A stretch of DNA of 60,009 nt, counting the filler, from Dimargaris cristalligena (Eukaryota), in the NCBI GenBank assembly GCA_003614675.1. It is 3 parts of 3 records of this genome, joined end to end, with 100 filler letters (N's around TTAATTAATTAA, not from the genome) between each part and the next. Parts side by side here need not be neighbours in the genome. Positions count along the whole stretch, not along the records: positions 1 to 19,944 come from ML002713.1; 2 more parts are not named here. One strand, written 5' to 3'. Below, in pieces: positions 1-11,485 of this stretch (the first letter of the stretch is position 1; each line of letters starts with the position of its first letter). A program made the position numbers and the translations under genes. Under the pieces are notes generated by a model. That model did not search any database and had not been told where the DNA came from. It saw nothing but the letters and a program-made list of their open reading frames with translations.

Positions 1-2766
1 CAGCCCCTTTTCCAGCTGGTCAATATAAAGGTGTCGGACGAGTCGCTAGCGCCCCACTGGGGAATGGTACAGACACAGTCGGCATCCTTGAGCCAATTTC
101 GGTAAGCATCAGGTCGTAACTGTAGATTGATCCAATAGGGGTCGTTCGGGCGATTCGAGTTGGATACCACCTCCAGAGTCATCAGGTCCACGGGATTCGC
201 GTATTTCGCATCATTTAATTCTCCGATTTTGGTCGGAGGGCTAATGGGAGCGGGGCGGATGGCCCAGAGCGCCGACGGGTTAGCGCGGTCCCCCAGCGGT
301 AGTAATCGGGTCAGACTATCCGACCATACCAGTTGGAAAAGGGGCTGGCCGACTATCGGTGCGGTGGCGTCGGCTATGGAGTCTACCGCATGGTTCCAAT
401 GGTGGAGGTCCAAATACAGGAATAGAATGCAGCCGCACTGCACAATAAAGCCACTGCCATTGGAGAGCCAGTAAGCGTCGCAGGGGGACACCCGGCTCTC
501 TAGTCCAGTAACGGTTTCGGGGACCAACCCCGTAGCCACCTTAGTCCAATCATTCCCGGCCGTACTGGGGGCGGGGTACATTATGGTCCAAGCCATCCGG
601 GTGGGACTACCGTTACAGACACCAGTATGATTTGCGGTCAACGAGCGGGGGCGAGTCGGGGTAGGGCGGGCCGTCAGGATCAATATCGTGACATTCGGTT
701 CCGGGCCGGTGGATCCGGGGGCCGCATCACCTGGCTGGGATGGAGCCGGCCGTAATTTGACAACCGGCCAGGGACCGGGGCCATCGTACGCCACCCAGGG
801 TGCCCAGCCCGGTTGATCGTGTTGGAGATTGGTGAATACGCTGACTGGAATAGCGGATGGTGTAGCCAGGGATACCGATGAAAGGGACCCATTGGGATGA
901 TCCGGAAGCGGGGGATGGACGAGTGGAGACGCACCGAATCGGGAATGGTCACTCCGGGGGCTCGTTCCCCATAGTTTCGAACTCCCCGATGGGGTGCGAG
1001 CCAAACCGGTGCGGTACGTGCGGGAAGACGCGGGAGCATCGATGGATCCGGCACGGTTCGTTTCCGCCGGACCGGGGTCCGTCAAACTGTACAAGAGGCG
1101 GGGCACCCACAGGTGTTGGCTGATGGACCCGTCCGCGTAGCGCAATAAACAGAATAGAGCGGTGTCGGGGAGATTAGGATGGGGGAAAAAGCGCGGCTGT
1201 TCCACCAAATCATTCCGGGTAATCTGTTCAGCATCATTCGGCCGGGCGGAATACAGGATAAACCGGGGTACGGTACAGCCACCGGCCTGGAAAATATCGA
1301 GGGTGACGGCCCAGAAGAGCAAAGCCCCCCCAGGAAGGAGGGACACAAACAGCTCATCATCCGGCTGGAGGTTAGTGAGTAGCGGCCCGGACCGGGATAA
1401 ATGGCGGTCCATGCCCAGGGGCTGGGTGTCGACCCAATATGCGAAGGGGAACCGGTGTGTGAGCGAGTCTCGGTCGGTTGGAGACACCTGCGTATTTGCT
1501 ACGGAGAGCGAAGGGGGATCGAATGAGCATGCCTGCCAAACATCGGGAAGCGCGGCGGCTAATGGGGGGAGCCATTGGGTGGGGTCGAGGGTGCATACTA
1601 GGACAAAAGGTGCCGCGCGATCATGGTAGTGGGGGCGCCATATCCGAGTACAGCCGTCGATACACACTGTGATTATGGCAGTAGTGGCCGTTGCCGACGG
1701 AGGAGGGTCCGTTGGGGTTCCAGGTATTTTTGAGCGGGTCCGCCAGGCTATATTAGTAACATAGTGGGGATGCGGTAGGTAGTGGAACCCCCAGTGCTGG
1801 TCCAGCGTATGGTGCCAAACCTTAACCCAACGGTCGTAGCGTCCTAAGGTAGCGAAATCACCCTGATGCGGGCCAGGCTCAATCCGTTGGCAAGGTTGGG
1901 CCAGACCTGTCTCCCAAGCCTTACTCCAGCACGCGATCTGCGACAGAGCTTGGGCATGGGCCACCCAGACCGAAACACCATTATGGGTGCCTACAATAAC
2001 CGTATAGTGGTCCGACCACCGCACCCCCGTACCGGCACTATCCGTGGCATACGCTTCGTGGTACTCCCACCGATATGGGTTGGAGATGGAGTGGGGTTGG
2101 GGATTGGGGACCGGTCTGTAGAAAACCAGAGAGTCGCCGGCAACAACCGCCAGCATACCGTGGTGGGCGGACAGGTCAAGCGCTACGATAGTGGGTGGGC
2201 ATGGTTCAAGGTTCGGCCGAAGGGTCTGGACCAACTGGCCTTCGTCGGTGTAGATAGATATAGTGGCTCCGCTGGAAAACAACTATCCCGTTCGCAACAT
2301 AATGGTAAATCGGATTGATATAGTTAGTAGGGTAGAGTTTTGACAATGGGTTAGTACACTAATGGTGGGCTACCGTCTTATTTAGTTAATAATCGATCAG
2401 CCCCTACTCGGGTAAGCACAATTGATAAAGAGGCTCGGCCCGTAAATAGAGCACAGGGCCAAGTGGGGACCGGGGCGTACTTGGTCTGGTCAAGAGGTAT
2501 TGCGTTGGGAATTAGGTTACATCCATGTGTCGACCCCGGCATTCCGAGAATTCGGAGTGTACGACATTTCCCCTCTGCCTATATAGTAACTACTGCTCAT
2601 GCCCCGCACCGAATGTAGCGGAATTCGGGGGATTGTCTCATCCGTGTAGTTGATAAGGACTCTGAGCACTCACCAGATAATTGCGACCCCCATAGCGTGC
2701 CGCCGTACAGGCTTGCGGGTCTACATTGTAACCACCCGTGGTGTGGATGGTTGGCGATGGCCGCAT
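1..2766 (-). CDS. RAV1: RAVE complex subunit Rav1 (rabconnectin-3/DMXL-like WD40 protein), 5' part; exons 2766-2674 and 2282-<1, runs off the window edge
   Basis: Not in the ORF track. Exon 1 MRPSPTIHTTGGYNVDPQACTAARYGGRNYL ends at gtgagt; intron has tactaac branch sites and a tag acceptor; exon 2 starts LFSSGATISIYTDEGQLVQTL and contains FATLGRYDRWVKVW, HYLPHPHYVTNIAWR and TVCIDGCTRIW, which match fungal Rav1 N-terminal motifs as recalled. Exon 2 was spot-checked, not read codon by codon to the edge. Confidence 0.85.
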
Positions 2767-5700
2767 CGGAAGGGTCCTTTATGTGTTCGGCTTAGTTAGG
2801 CGGGAAAGAAGGAGTGGCCGACGAATAGGAAACCAACAGGAAAGGGTATGCAAGGAGGGTGTGGGGAATGGGTGCGTGGAAACTAGACTAGAGCCGCTAA
2901 GGACATCGACCTCGAATGGAGTATGAAAGTGTTGTCAGAAACAAATATATTAAACAATAGTGTCGGTTGGGCTGGGTTGGGCTGGTTTGGTAAGGTCACG
3001 TACTAATGACTCTCTCCATCCAGAGACCTGGGGACTCGCCCTAACTAACTCCCCAGACCTCACAGTAGCCCAAGTCCGCCTAATTCAAGCTGACCACATC
3101 GGCCCATCCCGTTTCTCCACACCGCCGGTGGCTGGCGTACAGCTTGGAGGGATTCGGTTACACTGGCCAACGTAGGTGTTCTAATCAGCGGGGGCGCCAC
3201 AAGAGTCAAGGGTCCACCACCCTAAATGACGTATGACAGCCAGGGTTCCTCTAATAGTCTTGTGGTATTTTGAATTCAGTAAACCAACCAAGAAGCACCC
3301 ACGGCTCAGGGTAACTTCTAGTGATAGGAGCGTGTCTCTAAGCAAGTATCGTATGGCATTATAGATAGAATAGCCCTTTTAAAATAGCGTGGTGTATATA
3401 TTGAGTGATACTCACTGGTATTATTATTATTATTGGCTAATATCGGGCCTTTGTTCAACAATAATAGCTTAAAAAGCAATCCTAATATTGGCACAGCCAA
3501 GGTGCCCGGGCTTCATTCTATTGTTTTTTTTTAATCCTCCACACGATAGCCATTTCTTAATCCCCATTGTACATGGTCGATTCTTTGAATCGCAGCAGTC
3601 GCCACCATCCCTACATGGTTTTATCTTTCGGATAAACTATAGGGCAGAGGATCCCAGTGATCGCGCCGCAGCTCCAATCCAGCCCTGGGGTTTGTATGTA
3701 CCGTACAATTACAATACACTTGCATGAGGGGGTTTCGATCTAAAATTAGATTCTAGTTATCTTATACTAAAAAAATTAATATGTATCTCAGTCAGGCCAG
3801 GTATTGGGATCAAAAGGACTATCAACGCGGCCAGTAATCTGGTGGACAAGCCAGGCAATCAGCTGGACAAATGGGGCATTATGGCATCAAGCTAAGCCAC
3901 ATTACTCATCTTAAAAAATATACAATCATCAGCGCACATGGCCAGGTGCACCTATAACAAAATATAATATTGATGGACGGTACCAAACGGCTGTGAGGCG
4001 ACCGGAATTCAATTGACTTATACGTTCGGCCAATGGCCTGCTCTTCTAGAAGCCAGCCAGGAATTGTGGGCTTAAGTACCTCGGGACCACAGCCAGCTTC
4101 TTTAGAAACGTAGAAGCACCCCCCCTTCACTCAACCACACTGCGAGTGTTCAATGCTGGCTACACTTGTCAGTCGAACAAGATCCTAGATGGCAGTCAGA
4201 TTTCCCTGACTAGGCCGGTAACAATGATACCATCAAACTCCGACCAAGTAGACAATATAAAAATGTGGTGGTAATTCGTTTTTCGAATGAGTACATCGGC
4301 GACTACTTAAATGATTGTTTTACTATGACGGCGGGACAGCCAGGCAGTTAAGCAGACTATTGTTTTCGGATCAGGGTATAGTGCCGATATAAAACGCTAA
4401 AATATGAGTATGTGCAGTTGTGTAATGCGACATTTGTTATGATAAACCCGACCATGCTAAACAATTTGGCAATGTTAACGAGCTAGTAGTGTCGATAGGA
4501 GTGTGGGTTAATCGCGCTGTATAGTGAATAAGGCAATCGATAAAACGGCCACTCCAGTCTAAAAAAAGTATTGCCCGGCTTTATACCCACACACCTGCTA
4601 TCTAAAACCGAATATAGTCGGGTTGCAATTTATTCATATGGCAGTAAAAACATGCCATGGTGATAGCTGATAATGCCCTCCCACTTTATGGACTAAACGA
4701 GCAATCTTAAGATTTTAGGCCCAATTGCTCAAAGCTGGGTGTAATATCTTCTTTACGGTATTGTGTTGTTGAAAACCGTCCTTACTATTTCATACACCAC
4801 TATCTGTCACCCAATTGGCATTGTCATCATTACCCCGTTTCCCAGGAAGTTAGCAAAACAAAGGCCAAAAAAGGAGTGATATTCTAATGAAAATACTCAA
4901 ATTTACCAATGTATAGCTGCGGCCTAGCAGCAGCCATATAATCCCGAAGAATAATGGCAACTGTGTTATAGTACAAATATGTATCTAGGATACTAGCGTG
5001 TTATTCATTTCATGAAAACATAATACAACTGCTGGACCATTCGCCATTCAGACGTACTATTATCCTCAATTACCGTGGGCGCTAAAATCCTAAAAATCCT
5101 AATAGTAACTTAATTTGTATTATCTATCGCCATAGCACTTGGTCGGTTATATGCAATCCCTGGTACATTGGTGCCTATAATACATCACTAAAGGTCAGGA
5201 GGCCTTGCCTTTCCAATTAAGGGGGCATAACATCTGGCACTGGCCATATTATGACCATACTGCGACTATTTGATCAGCAGTTAAGCTAGTCAGGTGGCGC
5301 TTAATTGAATCCACCGGCAGTATATTGCACTACGTGAGAGGGATTCATCTCCACCAACAGGCCATGCGGCGTTTTCCGCTGCAGGGTCTACCTGTCGTGG
5401 CTGATGTAGCCATTGTTTCAAAATGAGCTAGACATTATGAGGTGCTATTTTGCCTAATCACAAATAACTAATTTTGCAAAAAAAGTTTCCGACCAAGAAA
5501 GCTCGGCCATAGCTCAATTCTGGGGTCAAATGCCATAAGCAGCAGCTTAAACTACGGTGCTAACTCATTGTGCCTAATTATAGCCCGGTGCCTGGTTTTA
5601 ATACCGAATAACTTATTGTTGACATCCGTGCTGCAATCTGAATTGTCAACAAATGGCATGGGCTGGTATGGCTACCATTCCTTGTCCCATTCCTAATACA

Positions 5701-7247
5701 CATTACCAATCATTACATAATCTCCCCGATAGGTTAATGGAATAGAGCTGCGATTGTAGTTCACTTTGATGGGGTATAGGGCCATTCTAGTAAACACTTG
5801 GTCGGTAAATATATCAACATGGTATTGTATAAATAGTGGACCGATCACCAGCCCCAATAACCATACATAATTAACATAGCTCGGATGTTCAAACAATTTA
5901 ACCATCCCCAACTCCGCATTTTCCTGTTGACCATCACTCGCCTTTTCCTCCTCACCTCCCCCATTTTTTATCTCCCCTCCTTCCTTTCCAATGGCTATCT
6001 CAAGATCCTTTTCCCGGCACCCAGCGACCCGTCCAACAGTATACAATTCGTATCCAGCAGTAATGCAGAACCAAAACCCATATATTCATCCTCAACAGGG
6101 TGTTACCAGGGGACCCTCTCTCATCCTTGGAAGGGACTACCCAACAATCAAGCCGGATACACCCCTTTCTGAGGCAGATAAGGGTAGACCGATTGTATCA
6201 ACCACTGAATGATCCAAACCAAGGTGGCTCCTGGCAATGAACAAGTTAAATGTAAATTTTTACATTTGCATTTACATAATAAATTCGTGTATAAAGCGGT
6301 TATTCGATGCGAAAATACCTCATATTTACACTAGAGTCTTAGTCAGATGAATTACTGATAAGTAAATAGTCACATATGTTTCGAGCCTAGCCTAGGATAA
6401 ATAGAAATATTAAGGCAGTTGGACTGAGCTCTTCCATATTTAAGATAATGTTATAGTGGTTACGTGAAGAGTGTAGTGACTTTTGATATGGCTCTTTGTT
6501 TAGATTGTATTCGTTAAATTTCTGAGGGGGTTAAACTGGTTATAATGCCGTCTATTCCACTAGGTTGAATAGTATTATCCACTCTGGGTAGTATTTACGG
6601 CGTTTCCTAGGCTGGCTTTCACTTAAATCAATATATTCAATCAGGTGCCAGTAACTGCAGGTGCTCCACGCACCAGCCTACTGGTAATTTATTTTTTCAA
6701 TATAATTATATGATAGCTATATTATAATACTATTGTAGTTATCATAAAATCTATTGTGCTTTCGCAATCTACCTTGCCAGTGGCCATGTGCTTACGCATT
6801 CTTGACGTATGGTAGCCAGTTTTGTATAGGCACATCTATAACCATATGGTATTATTTATTTTTGGTTTCGAATTATTGTTTATTTGGTTAACAATATATT
6901 TCAAGCATTTCCAATCATGAAGACCTGTTTATTTTAAGTTATTGCATATAAATATTTCATTAGATCGCAAAGTGGAAATCACTCGTTCAGCCCGCTCATC
7001 GCCCGGTTCGTCCGTTATAATATCACCCACTTTATCGACCTTCAAAATCCCGAATCTCGGTCCGAGTTAGTATTTTGCAAACATACCGGACTGTCGAAAC
7101 CGATTAATACCAAAATCCTGCCAAATATATCCACTGAGGGTTGATCCCAGTAAACATAGTCAAGTTCAGCGATCAAGTGTCCAAGAGCATATATTGTCAT
7201 ATCATGGCAATAACCCGATCAAACAATGAGGAACTCGGAGCGGCCGA

Positions 7248-10200
7248 TTAGGTATGTCCCCGGATCTGGCCCCAGTGTTTTTTGGTCATGGGGGTTAGTT
7301 CGTTCAATTGGGGCGATGTCACGGCGGGGGGCGACCGAACCCTGGAGGATGTCGCAGGGTTTAGTCCGCCCTGGGAGGCCCATGATGTCACCCGTTGTGA
7401 ACCCAGGGAACGAAGGGAGGGTACGGCTACTGGTCCCTGGGAATTCCGCCGGACAAGGGGTCGTAGAGACTCAGGGGGACTTTTCGCCGAGGATCGAGCC
7501 TGGTCCGATGATGCCTGGTACCCAGTTATAGGCACAACTGGGTCATTCTGGCTGAATGAGAGGGCGTCATTGACTTTGAACATGAGTTGCTCAACTGGGT
7601 CTCGCTCTGGTTGGGCAGCGGTAGCAGCTGTGGGGCGATAGTAAACTGACTGACGTCGGTAAATCGTTTGGGTCGTCGGGCCTAGTCCGTATGGGTGTTG
7701 GGACATCCCTCTCATTTCTGCTGGCCTGGGCGGTCTGGTGGAAACTAGTGGTGGGGGCTGCGCTGCCGCCATTGGATAAGGAACAGCATTGTTGGGTAGG
7801 TATCCTGGGTGATGCGTGATGTACTCCGTCTCCTCGTAGGCCTCCATAATATAATTTCTGCTCCGCGTATCTCTGCTATCGGGACCGAGGTTAGACGATT
7901 GCGCAGTGCCCATTGAAGGATTCCGTCGCTGTAAGGGATCGGAGTGAGAGCCATTGGAGGGTGCGTAGGGCTGATATTCGGGCGATGTGGTTAAATAGAG
8001 GTTCCGTTCCGGTAGCACGGCGGATTCTTGTTCATCTAATCGGAAGTACTTGCGGGTGACACTACGAGTAGGAGTCGTAGTAGCCGGGCCGGATTCAGGG
8101 ACTGGGATAGCCGAGCCTTCAGCCGAATTGGTCACCCTTAGTCGATCCGCTGGTATCGAAGTGCCAGTGGAATAAGGAGGTCGATAATCGGGTTTCTTAT
8201 CGGGACTGTTAGAATCCATCGGAGATTTTCCACTCAGAAGTGCTAGCTGTTTCTGTAGAAGTTCGATTATTGTCTGCTGTTGTTGAATAATAGTTTGGCA
8301 CTCAGAAGCCGTTAGCGGGGCGCTATTGGTCGATTGGGACGCAGGGACTACCTGGCCATCACATAGTGGGGCTGGGTTAGGTGATGCAATTGGATCCAGG
8401 GAAAATTGTGGAGAGCTGGGTGACGCTTCGGTAGCATCCGGTGAATCAAATTCGATGGACCCGTCCTCTACGGGATCCGCTGGCATCATGGGTGTATTAA
8501 TCGTCAGTTGGGCAAGGTCTGTGCAGTCGGATAAACTAAGATGGTTGGTTAAGGTGCAGTAAGATAGGTTAAATTAGTGAAATACATAAATTTTTACATT
8601 AGAAATTATTGTGTTTTATTACACTAAAGTAATATCGCACAGGACCATACATTAAAGAATTTTAGACCGAATGCGATAAATCCAGGAAGTGGGGTATGAT
8701 GCCTTACTCTAGATTCAGCGAACGGCAGCTTCGGATAAAGGCAGCGTCCACTAGTTCGTGTACTGATTCAGTTTGGTCAAGGAACCAGGAGTCAGTTATC
8801 CGGCGGTTCTTGCGGGGTGTAACATCGGTTGATACCAAAGCCATCATTTGCTGCACGGTCAGGTCGCCGCCCCGAAGCAGGAAAGCAGCGGGTACCGGGT
8901 CAGTCGAGAATAAAAACGTTTGAATGGGCCGATCGGCTTTGGCGAAGGCGACTGGTCCGGGTGGTCGCTGGCCAATAAGCATTACGGCCACCGGGGACTT
9001 CCGTGTATGGCTAGGTTGACTGAGGAGATAATCTAGGCAACGGCGCTGAACCCAGGGGTCGGAGGGCGATGCTGCCCCTAGGAACCAAAGACCAGTCAAC
9101 GATATCGGGGGATGGTCAGATTCATCGTTAGATTGGGAATCGGGGTCAGTATCTTGCGGCTGGCCCTCCGCTTGAAGAGTGGTCTCACTAGTGTCCGAAC
9201 TGAAGGTCCAAAACCCCCAAGCACCGCGGGTCAGCCCGGGGGAATTGTTTGAGAGGTGGTCAGGCACCTGTTCATTCTCGCTCGCTTTAGAGACCGCCCG
9301 GCCCTGGCGATTAAATTGTACCCAATTAGTCACTATACACCTTGGACCAGGGTCCACTCTAAAACCAATGCGGGGTTCCCAGAGACGGTACTGTAGCCGA
9401 AGGTGGGTATTATCGCTGGGATTGGGAAATGCCAAGACCACCCCATGTACTGTGCCTAAGGCCCCGTACGAAGCACCGAGGTATTTTTTATAAACATCCG
9501 CCTTCCAATCCAGGGCGTGTTGAGGAGGTCCAGTGTAGATGTGCAGTGGGAGGACCAAGTCGCCATCCAGCACTAATGTAGGTATCCGATCGGGCACCGA
9601 TGTAAAGTCGTCCCCGAGCGAACCGGGTGATACCAACCGACCAGGATCGAGCCGGTTAATTACAATCGTGGCTGTATCGGCATCAGATCCTGCGAGTCCA
9701 GGATCTACGGTTTCGTCGTCCAAGTAAGCTATACATAAAACATCTGCAGTTGGGGTGGAAATCGGGGGCGATTCATGATATCCGTAGTTCATTCTGGATA
9801 AACAAAACTGAACAATGGCCTTGGCGCACGCGATTCGAAGTGTAGCCTGGTTTATGGTGGGGTAGATTGGGTGTGGGTCGGGAAATACATATTTGCGGGG
9901 ACTGGTATGCGCCGTAGGCGTGGTGGGTGCCGGGGAGGAGTAGGGAGACCTGGTTGATATGGTTACAAAGTTATATATCGTGCATCAGGTAGCGGTGTAA
10001 AGGGTGGTGAGTCATTAGCTGCCCAGCCAGAACGAGTTAGCTACTACAAACTAAATAGGGGGCGGGGTTCCTTAAAGAGTCGTACTTCGTATGGGTTGGA
10101 TTGGACATGCAATGCCAACACATTCCACGTATAGTAAACTTACCCAAGGGGCCTTTGTGTAATTGGGGATTTAGGACCAGGAGGGGAAATAAATACAGGA

Positions 10201-10370
10201 GATTGTAGGTCCAAGGTTGTCGAGGCTAGAGAGTTGGCGGCCTGCGTACTTGCTGTGGGCTGGGCTGTGGAAGTGTACGTGGCTGTCTGGTGGGGCAAAG
10301 GACGAGGGAAAGAATCGGTTCGAGTAGCCGCTGGTGGAGCTCGTGGTAAGTAAACGGTTGGTGGCTCCAT
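7248..10370 (-). CDS. STIL/SAS-5/Ana2-like centriole assembly protein, 918 aa; exons 10370-10144, 9949-8708, 8535-7248
   Basis: Two phase-2 GT-AG introns (GG|gtaagt...aaccag|G; GA|gtaagg...cttag|T) join three ORFs in frame (2757 nt). Motifs resemble animal STIL: INRLDPGR..PTLVLDGDLVLP (DRFDPGR..PTASLPGDFLIP), WGFWTF (YGYLTM), SLTGLWFLG..DPWVQRRCLDYLL (PLVGIWLSG..SPQVWACCLRYIF), FSLDPIASPNP (FSPRPIPSPHP), coiled coil IIQQQQTIIELLQKQLALL, and SPQLNELTPMTKKHW (SPNNMSFATKKYM). Confidence 0.8.
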
Positions 10371-11485
10371 GGGTTAGGAATTCGCCTCGAATGAGAATAA
10401 TTAATATTGTGGAAGATGTGGGATGGTGCAAAAGTTAGAATGGGAATGCTAGAAGTACTCCAAATATAAAAACTAGTATACCCGTTGAACGGGGTGACGC
10501 TGGTCGTAGAAAGGCATGCGGAATATCCTGCATTGCTGGTGGTTAAAGGAAAAGTCCATTTTTTGACTGCTTTAGTTATTATGGTGCTCTGCTTCGAACG
10601 TCAGGTCAGTTGGCCCGTTGGTCAGGGAATAGCCGACCCCTGGCTATTAACTCTCCTATTTAATACCTACTGAGCGGTTTGTTGACATTACCCGCCTTCT
10701 AAACTCACTTATGCTTTAGCCCAGTTGGATTCGGAGTTTGAAATCCACCCCAGATCACGTGATAATATAAACGACACCCGTTAATCTAATTACATTCTAT
10801 CTATTGGTATTTTGGGAACGACTATATAGCCAATCCATGGCATACCTTGACATTTCTACGGGATTTCCTATTAATTAAGTGTCGCCTACGATCTCTCGGT
10901 TAGAATGACCCCCTACGTCAAACCTGGTTTATCCAACTGGATATAGATGCGTATGTTGCTGCATTGTAGGGACTGGTGTGGTTGATGTACGGTTGACCCG
11001 TTTTTCATGACAGAATTATATTATGGCCAATTCCAGCTGAATACTTGAATTCAATTGGTATCGGTTTTTGCTTCAATCTGGGCGGCCGATGGGCTCGGTG
11101 TATGAAACATTGCATTAAACAATATTCCATTGATTGAATGGTGTGGCTCTGGCAGCCCTTTACAGGCCCCCTGTACTACTATTAAACTCTTGTTAACCCA
11201 AACACACATATTGCCATGGCCAATTAAGCGAGGGCATTACCTAATCTTCCCACCATGGGACTTGGCTCTGCTGTTTTCCCGTGTGGTAGAATGAGTGTTG
11301 TTTACATAATGGGCCAAAAGACAGTGTTCAAGGTTTCCAGGAAAAACGAAGCGGCTGGGTCGCTGCGGAGCTGAAACTATCTCTACTGGAATCCTTTACC
11401 CTAGCCTCCACCGAACTTTATTTTATCACATTGTTTATTTTCCTAGTCGCTTTATACCCTTTAAAGTTTACCAGGAACGTCCACC

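Noticed and set aside
8546..8556. CCTTAAC resembling a U12 branch site in STIL-like intron 2
   Set aside because: The donor is GTAAGG (U2-type), not RTATCCTT; no minor introns were seen in the gene models.
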